From Candidatus Nitrosopumilus koreensis AR1 (GTDB lineage: Archaea; Thermoproteota; Nitrososphaeria; Nitrososphaerales; Nitrosopumilaceae), in NCBI RefSeq assembly GCF_000299365.1, contig NC_018655.1, positions 270,001 through 302,000 of the forward strand: a DNA stretch of 32,000 bases, read 5' to 3'. The notes under the pieces were generated by a model. The model was given only the letters and a program-made list of their open reading frames with translations. It was not told the origin of the DNA and did not search any database. Shown piece by piece: positions 1-7,931 of the stretch. The number at the start of each line of letters is the position of its first letter. Positions within the stretch are counted from its first letter, which is position 1. The position numbers and the translations under genes are program-made.

Positions 1-720
1 AAATTCTGGAACAACATATGTGCCAATAATCTCAATGTCTGAATCTCCCTGTTCAAAATTAATTGTAATTACTCTGGAATCTGCATGAACTACTGATTCT
101 TGATATGCTACCTCTATTCCGTCAATCAAAATGATAAATGTGTCATCTTTCCCATCCTGTTTTTCAGCACCGATGAATTCTCTTGGTAAATCTAGTGTAA
201 TTACTCCTTCATCCGTAGAATCTACTTGAACTATTAACGCAAAAATATCTGAATCAACTATCATATTTTTAACTGTCCCACCTTTGATTGTGTATTCTAC
301 ATCAAATGTTCCATGGCTTCCAGCATCAACTTCAAAATTAGTGGTAGTTTCAACTGCTCCTGATTCTGGAGTGTAATTGAATTTCGTCTCTGCCATGTTT
401 CCGTCCCCATAAAGTACTCTGATTAGATACTCGCCTGCATTATTCCATAATGGACCTTCTGCAAGAATTGTGTGAGAATATGTTCCATCTTGGGCTACTG
501 TGATTTGTGCAATGTCTACTAGATTCCCTGAAGTAAGTATTTGAAGTGTTACTGGTGTTCCTCCTACAACTGTTTGAACCTTTCCTGATATCACAATTGT
601 GTCTCCTTCATCATAGTTTTTGTCATCTGTCTGAACAGACACAAATGGTTCTTGAGCAAATGCAAATCCTGTTGAAATTACTAACAAAGAAACTAATCCA
701 TAAAATATTTTAAAATTCAC
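1..720 (-). CDS. Secreted surface protein with PEFG-type C-terminal sorting signal, paralog 1 (3' end cut by window edge)
   Basis: Absent from the ORF track because its stop lies outside the window. The reverse frame is open from GTG at 720-718 down to position 1. Hand translation gives VNFKIFYGLVSLLVISTGFAFAQEPFVSVQTDDKNYDEGDTIVISGKVQ...DIEIIGTYVVPEF, ending at the PEF of the tail shared by the next three genes. The N-terminus looks like a signal peptide. Confidence 0.7.
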   Translation of the reverse strand, partial: MNFKIFYGLVSLLVISTGFAFAQEPFVSVQTDDKNYDEGDTIVISGKVQTVVGGTPVTLQILTSGNLVDIAQITVAQDGTYSHTILAEGPLWNNAGEYLIRVLYGDGNMAETKFNYTPESGAVETTTNFEVDAGSHGTFDVEYTIKGGTVKNMIVDSDIFALIVQVDSTDEGVITLDLPREFIGAEKQDGKDDTFIILIDGIEVAYQESVVHADSRVITINFEQGDSDIEIIGTYVVPEF

Positions 721-760
721 AAATTTTGAATGTCATGTTTGTATATTTCTTTTACTATCA

Positions 761-780
761 AAAATGAAAAAATGAAAAAA
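761..780 (-). terminator. Oligo-T tract downstream of paralog 2
   Basis: On the minus strand the stop is followed by ...cttttttcattttttcatttt. Archaeal termination commonly uses T-runs. The equivalent tract after paralog 3 (about 1717-1730) abuts the TATA-like box of paralog 2. Confidence 0.4.
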
Positions 781-928
781 GATGTGATTTTAGTATCTTG
801 GCATAATGCTAAGTCTTGATCTTGCAGATACTGCAATTATTGAGATAATTGCTACTGCTAGAATCATGGCTGCAATTGTGCCAAACTCTGGGATTACAAA
901 GGTACCAATAATTTCAATTTGTTCGGTT
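781..928 (-). repeat. Sorting-signal DNA repeat, copy A
   Basis: About 148 nt covering the 3' flank, stop codon and PEFG tail coding region. By hand alignment it differs from 3311-3458 at roughly 8 positions, and its first ~113 nt differ from 1731-1843 at about 4 positions. Confidence 0.85.
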
Positions 929-1677
929 CCTGCTGGGAACATAACTGTTACTTTGTTTCCAACAATCTCGACATCATCCCATTCTTGTCCGTCAACTAAT
1001 ATCATGAAGATACCATCTTGGACTGTCTTTGATGGAGTTACTGTTAAGATTCCATCAGATTCTCTGGCATTGATGTTGATAACAATTGAATTGTCATCTG
1101 TATTGAGAGTTGCACCTGTTACTACTGCTCCTGAAATACTAAATGGTATACAATGACCATCTGCACTAATTTCACTAGCACCACATTGTTTGGATGATGT
1201 TGGTGTTTGGTAGCCTGGTGAGTATGCAACACCACCAGTTAATTCAACTTTGACACTGTTTTTCTTATCGGCACTGCCATAGTTTGCCTTAATGGTGTAG
1301 GTACCGTCGTATTTCCACATTGCACCTGCTGTGTTTAATGTTGTCTCAAAACTGCCATCATCTGCTACAGTGATTTGATCAACTGTGACGATAGAGTTTA
1401 GGGGATTCACAACAGTAATTGTAACTGGATATCCCGATGCTACATTTGCTACTTGCCCTTCTACCATAATCATGTCACTATGTTCATATGTTTTCTTATC
1501 TGTCCAAACAGATATTGGAATGTCTTTGAGCAACATCATGTTTGATGTTTCTCTTGCATTCTCCATAGTACATCCAACACATGCTTGTGGAATTTCATCC
1601 GCATATGCTGATGACACGGTTAAGGTACCGACTGCAGTCAAAACGGCTAGTAGCGCGAACGACGTACGATTGTTCAT
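790..1677 (-). CDS. Secreted surface protein with PEFG-type C-terminal sorting signal, paralog 2
   Basis: 295-aa ORF. It has an N-terminal signal peptide (MNNRTSFALLAVLTAVGTLTVSSAYA) and one copy of the shared module (TDKKTYEHSDMIMVEGQV...DGSFETTL...WKYDGTYTIKANYG). The C-terminal tail is PEFGTIAAMILAVAIISIIAVSARSRLSIMPRY: motif, TM helix, then basic cluster. Confidence 0.85.
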   Translation of the reverse strand: MNNRTSFALLAVLTAVGTLTVSSAYADEIPQACVGCTMENARETSNMMLLKDIPISVWTDKKTYEHSDMIMVEGQVANVASGYPVTITVVNPLNSIVTVDQITVADDGSFETTLNTAGAMWKYDGTYTIKANYGSADKKNSVKVELTGGVAYSPGYQTPTSSKQCGASEISADGHCIPFSISGAVVTGATLNTDDNSIVININARESDGILTVTPSKTVQDGIFMILVDGQEWDDVEIVGNKVTVMFPAGTEQIEIIGTFVIPEFGTIAAMILAVAIISIIAVSARSRLSIMPRY

Positions 1678-1730
1678 CTTGTTGCGAATTGAACCTGTCT
1701 CTATTTATGTATATTTAAAAAATGAAAAAA

Positions 1731-1843
1731 GATGTGATTTTAGTATCTTGGTATAATGCTAAGTCTTGACCTTGCAGATACTGCAATTATTGAGATAATT
1801 GCTACTGCTAGAATCATGGCTGCAATTGTGCCGAATTCTGGCA
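1731..1843 (-). repeat. Sorting-signal DNA repeat, copy B
   Basis: gatgtgattttagtatcttggtataatgctaagtcttgaccttgcagatactgcaattattgagataattgctactgctagaatcatggctgcaattgtgcc... is near-identical to copies A and C. It diverges after about 113 nt. Confidence 0.85.
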
Positions 1844-2615
1844 CTACGACTCCGTCTTTAATCTCTACTTCAGTTGAAGCAGTATATTTTGGATCGTCAA
1901 ATTGTTTTGCAGTTACAGTATAGAAACCATCTTGTTTCCATAGAGGACCACTTGTGTTGAATGTGGTGCTGAATTCACCATTTAGCATTGGCGATACTTG
2001 CCCGATGGATACTTTGTTTCCATTTGGTGCCGTGATAGTCAAAGTTACATCTTGACTAACCCTATCTGTTTGTCCTGAGATTTCAATTATTGAAGATCCC
2101 ATTACTGCGTCTGCATAAATTTTCAACCCTGCATATTTAGCAACATTTGGTCCAGGTGGTACGAAGATATCTGAACTATAACTTGACTCAGTTACTGATG
2201 TTGTTTTAACCATTCCATCTACTATTTCTACTTCAACGTCCAAAGTGTATATTGAATTTTGTTGTAAGCTTTGTTTAGCTGATATTGTGTAAAATCCACT
2301 CTCTTTCCATGTTGGACCTACTTTGAATGTAGTCTCAAACGTTCCATCACTTCTTGGTGAAACTTGATCAATGACAACTACGTTATTCCCACTTGGAGAT
2401 ATTACTCTAAATGTAACGTCTGTCAACTTTGAAACTGTTTTACCTGTGACAGTAATGACGTCTGAATTCTTATCTGCTGTAGCGGTAATGAACATTCCTT
2501 GTGTCTGAGCAAATACGTCTTGCTGAATTGTGGTCATTGAAATTAATGACAGTGCCATAACGGCAAATACCACTGATGTTGTAGAACGTTTTAAATTCAT
2601 CCTATTTTCATCCAA
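1740..2615 (-). CDS. Secreted surface protein with PEFG-type C-terminal sorting signal, paralog 3 (two module copies)
   Basis: 291-aa ORF with a signal peptide. It carries two tandem copies of the module (…VISPSGNNVVVIDQVSPRSDGTFETTFKVGPTWKESGFYTISAKQ and …ITAPNGNKVSIGQVSPMLNGEFSTTFNTSGPLWKQDGFYTVTAKQ). The tail is PEFGTIAAMILAVAIISIIAVSARSRLSIIPRY. An internal Met at 2600 (MNLKRS) is an alternative start. Confidence 0.85.
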   Translation of the reverse strand: MDENRMNLKRSTTSVVFAVMALSLISMTTIQQDVFAQTQGMFITATADKNSDVITVTGKTVSKLTDVTFRVISPSGNNVVVIDQVSPRSDGTFETTFKVGPTWKESGFYTISAKQSLQQNSIYTLDVEVEIVDGMVKTTSVTESSYSSDIFVPPGPNVAKYAGLKIYADAVMGSSIIEISGQTDRVSQDVTLTITAPNGNKVSIGQVSPMLNGEFSTTFNTSGPLWKQDGFYTVTAKQFDDPKYTASTEVEIKDGVVVPEFGTIAAMILAVAIISIIAVSARSRLSIIPRY

Positions 2616-2747
2616 GTTTCTTTGGTATTTATGTATATTTAAAAAGTGAATTGGATAAACTGCGGGAGTTCATTTGATAAAATCATCATGTTTACTTTCA
2701 GGTGTTACGTTTTTTCATGGCATAATAACCAATACCGATCATAGAAC

Positions 2748-2942
2748 CTAATGCGAGAATAACCAAAAGTGCCATACTGCCAAGATCATAACCTGATCTC
2801 TCTCCTGTCCTGATCTTACTTCCTCTGTTATTCCAAAAATCTCTTTGAGTTTACCTGTCCCCAAAATGATCAATATTCCAATTATGATATATGCCAAAGT
2901 CACTATTTGGTTACTCATGAATTGCTCATAAGGTAGAGTCAA
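2748..2942 (-). CDS. Hypothetical small membrane protein (TTG start), possibly a gene remnant
   Basis: 64-aa ORF with one clear TM-like segment (IVTLAYIIIGILIILGTG). Neighbouring frames contain further TM-like fragments interrupted by stops. Confidence 0.25.
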   Translation of the reverse strand: MTLPYEQFMSNQIVTLAYIIIGILIILGTGKLKEIFGITEEVRSGQERDQVMILAVWHFWLFSH

Positions 2943-3310
2943 CTGAAATATTCAAAATACCTGCAATTATGATAACACTTTCAACTCCAATTTTGAGATT
3001 TTTTCTGCTTCTTTGAACCATTACACACATGATGTATGAGCATAAGAGTTATGGTTGACTAGCATTTTGAATTAAAGTTAACCATTTGTTAGATCCATTA
3101 ATCTTGATTCCTACCAGTTCAGCAGATGCATCATTATTCATTCCCATATGAGAACGGATGTAATTGTGAAAAGTATGCATCCCTGAACTTGTTGGAGGAT
3201 TATTTTTTCAAAATCTTATTTTTACCATTGGGCTTTCATTTAATCTGTGATTTCTTAAAAAATAATTTTATCATGAACCCATCTGTGCAATTCTTTAAAA
3301 AGAGAAAAAA

Positions 3311-3458
3311 GATGAAATTTTAGATTCTTGGCATAATGCTAAGTCTTGACCTTGCAGATACTGCAATTATTGAGATAATTGCTACTGCTAGAATCATGGC
3401 TGCAATTGTGCCAAATTCTGGGACTACAAAGGTACCAATAATTTCAATCTCTTCAGCC
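3311..3458 (-). repeat. Sorting-signal DNA repeat, copy C
   Basis: See copy A. The identity extends through ...ctacaaaggtaccaataatttcaat, which encodes EIIGTFV. Confidence 0.85.
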
Positions 3459-4150
3459 CCTGCATGGAATGCAATTGTAAGTGTTCTATCTGTTGATGTC
3501 ATTGTTTCATCAAAGTCCACTTCTTCTCCGTCAACTAGGACAAAGAAATCATCATCTTCTCCATTTGGAAAAGTTGCATCCAATATTGATCTAGGGATTG
3601 TTAATGTGATTGAACCATCATCAGTGGCGTCAATTGAGATAATTAATGAGCTTGCATCCACATCAGGTATGATTCCAAGTAATTTAGCTCCTGTAATCTC
3701 ATATCCTATCAAATCAGTTGAACCTTCAACTGAAACGGTTGTATCTGTTACTTTACCATCTGTCTTAACTGGTGTTGTTGAACCTGCAAATTCAAATGTA
3801 GTTTCTGCAACCCTGTTCTCATTTCCATATGTAACTACAACTGTGTATGTTCCTGATAATCTCATTGTTCCTCCAGCAGTTATTTCAGTGCTGAATTTTT
3901 TATCTGCACCTACTGTAACTTGATCAATTGCTACAATGCTACCATTAGGAGATGTAACCATGACAGCTACTGGAGTTCCTGCATATAGATCTCTGACTTC
4001 ACCTGTTACCATGATAATTTCACCTTCTGAATAAGATGTCTTATCTGTAGTAACAACAATCGTACTTTGTATTTGTCCAAATGCTGGTGCCATACCAATA
4101 CTTGCAACTAAAATTGCTGATAAGGCAAACACCATCAATTGTGATTTCAT
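3320..4150 (-). CDS. Secreted surface protein with PEFG-type C-terminal sorting signal, paralog 4
   Basis: The track ORF runs 3320..4219, but I prefer the internal ATG at 4150. It gives a canonical signal peptide (MKSQLMVFALSAILVASIGMAPAFGQ) and sits about 32 nt downstream of a TATA-like CCTTAAATAGG box. The tail is the same, ending SIMPRI. Confidence 0.85.
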   Translation of the reverse strand: MKSQLMVFALSAILVASIGMAPAFGQIQSTIVVTTDKTSYSEGEIIMVTGEVRDLYAGTPVAVMVTSPNGSIVAIDQVTVGADKKFSTEITAGGTMRLSGTYTVVVTYGNENRVAETTFEFAGSTTPVKTDGKVTDTTVSVEGSTDLIGYEITGAKLLGIIPDVDASSLIISIDATDDGSITLTIPRSILDATFPNGEDDDFFVLVDGEEVDFDETMTSTDRTLTIAFHAGAEEIEIIGTFVVPEFGTIAAMILAVAIISIIAVSARSRLSIMPRI

Positions 4151-4331
4151 TGATTTTACGCCAAAATTTATCCTATTTAAGGTTGTGAAAAGATTAATTG
4201 ACAAAAATAGAAAAATCACTACTTTCTTGACGAATTTCAGATTAGATATATATTAACCTGAGCGTGAGATTTTGACAGTTTGTGTGTATTCATTACTATT
4301 ACATTTAATGTTCTGCGTGGGGGTTTTGTAA

Positions 4332-4583
4332 TTGGCAACTAAGAAAAATCAAATCCTCGTACCTGATCACATCTATGTCCCAAAACATGAAATCATTTCA
4401 AAACAAGAAGCTGAAGAAGTTTTAAAAAAATATAATTGCAAACCAACCGAATTACCATTAATCTTTGTAAACGATCCTGCCATTTTGGGACTAGGTGTAA
4501 AGCCAGGTGATATGATAAAGATCACTAGAAAAAGTCCAACAGCAGGTGAGAGTCTCTATTATAGATACGTGGTGGAAGTATAG
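4332..4583 (+). CDS. rpoH: DNA-directed RNA polymerase subunit H (Rpb5 family)
   Basis: 83-aa ORF directly abutting rpoB. The sequence HEIISKQEAEEVLKKYNCKPTELPLIFVNDPAILGLGVKPGDMIKITRKSPTAGESLYYRYVV is typical of RpoH. It starts at TTG, with a GGGGG tract 9-13 nt upstream and a TATA-like ACATTTAATG at 4301. Confidence 0.88.
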   Translation: MATKKNQILVPDHIYVPKHEIISKQEAEEVLKKYNCKPTELPLIFVNDPAILGLGVKPGDMIKITRKSPTAGESLYYRYVVEV

Positions 4584-7500
4584 ATGGCAGATCCTTCAAC
4601 AAAACGTTGGCCAGTAATTCAAGATATTCTAAAAAGAGAAGGTGTTGCACGTCAGCACCTAAATTCATTTGATGAATTTTTAGAAAGAGGACTACAAAGT
4701 ATTATCAACGAAGTTGGACAAATCGATATTGAAAATGCTGAATATCCTTACAAGATTCAATTAGGTAAAGTTAAACTTCAACAACCAAGAATGATGGAAC
4801 TTGATGGTTCTATCACACACATCACTCCTGCAGAAGCTAGATTGAGAAATGTATCTTATTCAGCACCAGTAATGATGGAAGCAAGTGTTGTAGAAGATGG
4901 AAAGATTCTCGAGTCTAGATTTGTCCATATTGGTGATGTTCCGGTTATGGCAAAATCTAATGCATGCATCTTACATAATTTCTCTACACAAAAATTAGTT
5001 GAACATGGCGAGGACCCAAATGATCCTGGTGGGTACTTTATTATTAATGGTTCTGAAAGAGTAATTGTTGGACTAGAAGATCTTTCTTACAATAAAATTA
5101 TAGTTGACAGAGAAACAGTTGGTGGAAATATTGTTCATAAAGCCAAAGTCTATTCTTCAATTGTTGGTTATCGTGCAAAATTAGAACTTGTAATGAAAAG
5201 TGATGGATTAATCGTTGCAAGAATTCCAGGTTCTCCAGTTGATATACCTGTAGTTACTTTGATGCGAGCACTTGGATTAGAATCTGACAGAGAGATTGCA
5301 GCAGCAGTTTCTTTGGTAGATGAACTTCAAGATGAATTAGAAGGCTCTTTTGAAAAAGCAGGCGATGTTCCAACTGCAAAAGATGCAATTGTTTACATCA
5401 GTAAGAGGATTGCTCCTGGAATGCTTGAAGAATTCCAGATTAAACGTGCAGAAACTTTACTTGATTGGGGTCTGTTACCTCACTTGGGAAAACATCCTGA
5501 AAATAGAAAAGAAAAGGCACAATTTTTGGGAGAGGCAGCTTGTAAATTATTAGAACTAAAACTTGGTTGGATTAAACCTGATGACAAAGATCATTATGGA
5601 AATAAAGTCATCAAATTTGCCGGACAGATGCTTGCAGATTTGTTTAGAACTGCATTTAGAAATCTTGTCCGTGACATGAAATATCAGCTAGAGCGCTCTG
5701 GTCAAAAACGTGGAATCAATGCAGTTGCTGCTGCAATCCGTCCTGGAATTATTACTGATAAACTAAACAATGCAATTGCTACTGGAAACTGGGGTAGAGG
5801 AAGAGTGGGTGTTACTCAACTACTTGATAGAACTAACTATCTTTCAACAATCAGTCACCTTAGAAGAATCCAATCACCACTTAGCAGAACACAGCCAAAC
5901 TTTGAAGCAAGGGACTTGCATGCAACACACTTTGGAAGAATTTGTCCTAGTGAAACTCCTGAAGGCTCTAACTGTGGTCTTGTAAAAAACCTGGCATTAT
6001 CTGGAATCATCTCTGTAAACGTACCCTCTGAAGAAATTGTGGAAAAACTCTATGATCTTGGAACTGTTCACTTTTTTGATGCAAAAGAAGATTTGAAAAA
6101 AGACGGAACTAGAATTTTTGTAGATGGAAAATTAATTGGCTACTACAAAGACGGTGAACAACTAGCAGAATCTCTCAGAGATTTGAGAAGAAATTCAAAG
6201 ATTCACCCACACGTTGGTGTGTCATTTCATAAATCTGAGATTGAAGGTTCTACAAGAAGATTGTATGTTAATTGTAATGCAGGACGTGTTCTAAGACCAC
6301 TCATTATCATCAAAGATAACAAACCATTACTTACTGCTGATTTACTAGATAAAATTTCAAAGAAACTCATCTCTTGGACTGATCTTTTGAGAATGGGAGT
6401 ACTTGAAATGATTGATGCAAATGAAGAAGAGAATTGTTATGTTACATTAGATGAAAAAGACACAAAGAAACACACACACCTTGAAGTTTTCCCACCCGCA
6501 ATTCTTGGTGCAGGTGCTTCAATCATTCCATATCCTGAACACAACCAGTCTCCAAGAAACACATACGAGTCTGCAATGGCAAAACAGAGTTTGGGATTCT
6601 CAACACCAATGATGAATACTAGTACATATGTTAGACAACACTTTATGCTATATCCTCAAGTTCCAATTGTTAATACAAAAGCAATGAAACTTTTGGGATT
6701 AGAAGACAGACCAGCAGGTCAGAACTGTGTAGTTGCAGTATTGCCATTTGATGGTTACAATATTGAGGATGCAATTGTTCTTAGCAAAGCCTCTGTTGAC
6801 AGAGGACTTGGAAGGACATTCTTCTATAGAATTTATGATGCTGAAGCAAAACAATATCCTGGTGGAATGCGTGATGCATTTGAAATTCCAAACGCTGAGG
6901 ACAATATACGAGGCTACAAGGGAGAACGTGCCTATAGACTATTAGAAGAAGATGGTGTTGTTGCAGCAGAAGCTCCAGTAAAAGGTGGGGATATCCTCAT
7001 TGGAAAAACTAGCCCTCCAAGGTTCATGGAAGAATACCGAGAGTTTGAATCCTCTGGTCCTTACAGAAGAGACACATCAATTGGTGTCAGACCTTCAGAG
7101 ACTGGTGTTGTTGATACTGTAGTTATGACTCAATCAAATGAAGGTGGAAAAATGTACAAGATTAGAGCAAGAGATATGAGAATTCCAGAGATTGGTGACA
7201 AGTTTGCATCACGACATGGACAAAAAGGAATTTTAGGAATTTTAGCTAAAGCAGAAGATTTGCCATATACTGCAAGTGGAATGTCTCCTGATGTTTTGAT
7301 TAACCCACATGCATTCCCATCTAGAATGACAGTTGGCATGATGATGGAGTCTATCTGTGGAAAATCTGCCGCATTACGTGGAAAGAGATTTGATGGTTCT
7401 GCATTTGTTGGAGAAAAGATGGATGAGGTAAGAGAAGTAATGGATGCACATGGTTTTGAATATTCTGGTAAAGAAATAATGTATGATGGAAGAACTGGAA

Positions 7501-7931
7501 AATCATTTCCTGTTGAAGTCTTTATTGGAGTTGTATATTATCAGAAACTGCACCACATGGTTGCAGACAAGATTCATGCAAGAGCACGTGGACAAGTTCA
7601 GATGTTAACTAAACAACCAACTGAAGGAAGAGCAAGAGGCGGTGGTCTTAGATTCGGTGAAATGGAGAGAGACTGTTTGATTGCATATGGTGCTTCTATG
7701 ATTCTTAAAGACAGATTGCTTGATGAATCTGATAAATCTGATATCTTTGTATGTGAGAGATGTGGTCTTGTTGCTTATCATGATGTTAAACAAAGAAAAT
7801 ATGTCTGCAGAGTATGTGGTGATAAGGCCAAGGTCTCATCAGTTTCAGTTGCATATGCATTCAAATTACTCTTACAAGAGATGCAGAGTCTCAATGTTGC
7901 ACCACGATTGTTAATCAAGGAGAAACTATAA
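4584..7931 (+). CDS. rpoB: DNA-directed RNA polymerase subunit B (unsplit)
   Basis: 1115 aa in a single ORF. Conserved Rpb2-type segments include GDKFASRHGQKG and GGLRFGEMERDC, plus a C-terminal zinc ribbon CERCG...CRVCG. Confidence 0.97.
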   Translation: MADPSTKRWPVIQDILKREGVARQHLNSFDEFLERGLQSIINEVGQIDIENAEYPYKIQLGKVKLQQPRMMELDGSITHITPAEARLRNVSYSAPVMMEASVVEDGKILESRFVHIGDVPVMAKSNACILHNFSTQKLVEHGEDPNDPGGYFIINGSERVIVGLEDLSYNKIIVDRETVGGNIVHKAKVYSSIVGYRAKLELVMKSDGLIVARIPGSPVDIPVVTLMRALGLESDREIAAAVSLVDELQDELEGSFEKAGDVPTAKDAIVYISKRIAPGMLEEFQIKRAETLLDWGLLPHLGKHPENRKEKAQFLGEAACKLLELKLGWIKPDDKDHYGNKVIKFAGQMLADLFRTAFRNLVRDMKYQLERSGQKRGINAVAAAIRPGIITDKLNNAIATGNWGRGRVGVTQLLDRTNYLSTISHLRRIQSPLSRTQPNFEARDLHATHFGRICPSETPEGSNCGLVKNLALSGIISVNVPSEEIVEKLYDLGTVHFFDAKEDLKKDGTRIFVDGKLIGYYKDGEQLAESLRDLRRNSKIHPHVGVSFHKSEIEGSTRRLYVNCNAGRVLRPLIIIKDNKPLLTADLLDKISKKLISWTDLLRMGVLEMIDANEEENCYVTLDEKDTKKHTHLEVFPPAILGAGASIIPYPEHNQSPRNTYESAMAKQSLGFSTPMMNTSTYVRQHFMLYPQVPIVNTKAMKLLGLEDRPAGQNCVVAVLPFDGYNIEDAIVLSKASVDRGLGRTFFYRIYDAEAKQYPGGMRDAFEIPNAEDNIRGYKGERAYRLLEEDGVVAAEAPVKGGDILIGKTSPPRFMEEYREFESSGPYRRDTSIGVRPSETGVVDTVVMTQSNEGGKMYKIRARDMRIPEIGDKFASRHGQKGILGILAKAEDLPYTASGMSPDVLINPHAFPSRMTVGMMMESICGKSAALRGKRFDGSAFVGEKMDEVREVMDAHGFEYSGKEIMYDGRTGKSFPVEVFIGVVYYQKLHHMVADKIHARARGQVQMLTKQPTEGRARGGGLRFGEMERDCLIAYGASMILKDRLLDESDKSDIFVCERCGLVAYHDVKQRKYVCRVCGDKAKVSSVSVAYAFKLLLQEMQSLNVAPRLLIKEKL

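Noticed and set aside
806-1156. Plus-strand ORFs 806-1156 and 3336-3923, which share the identical N-terminus MLSLDLADTAIIEIIATARIMAAIVPNSG
   Set aside because: They are antisense shadows of the PEFG paralogs. Their shared start is simply the reverse complement of the conserved sorting-signal repeat. The minus-strand frames have signal peptides, modules and anchors.
3126-3323. 65-aa plus-strand ORF in the gap of the paralog array
   Set aside because: It has no promoter-like box at the expected distance, an odd composition, and it runs into the 3' flank repeat of paralog 4. It is probably a chance ORF in a degenerate region.
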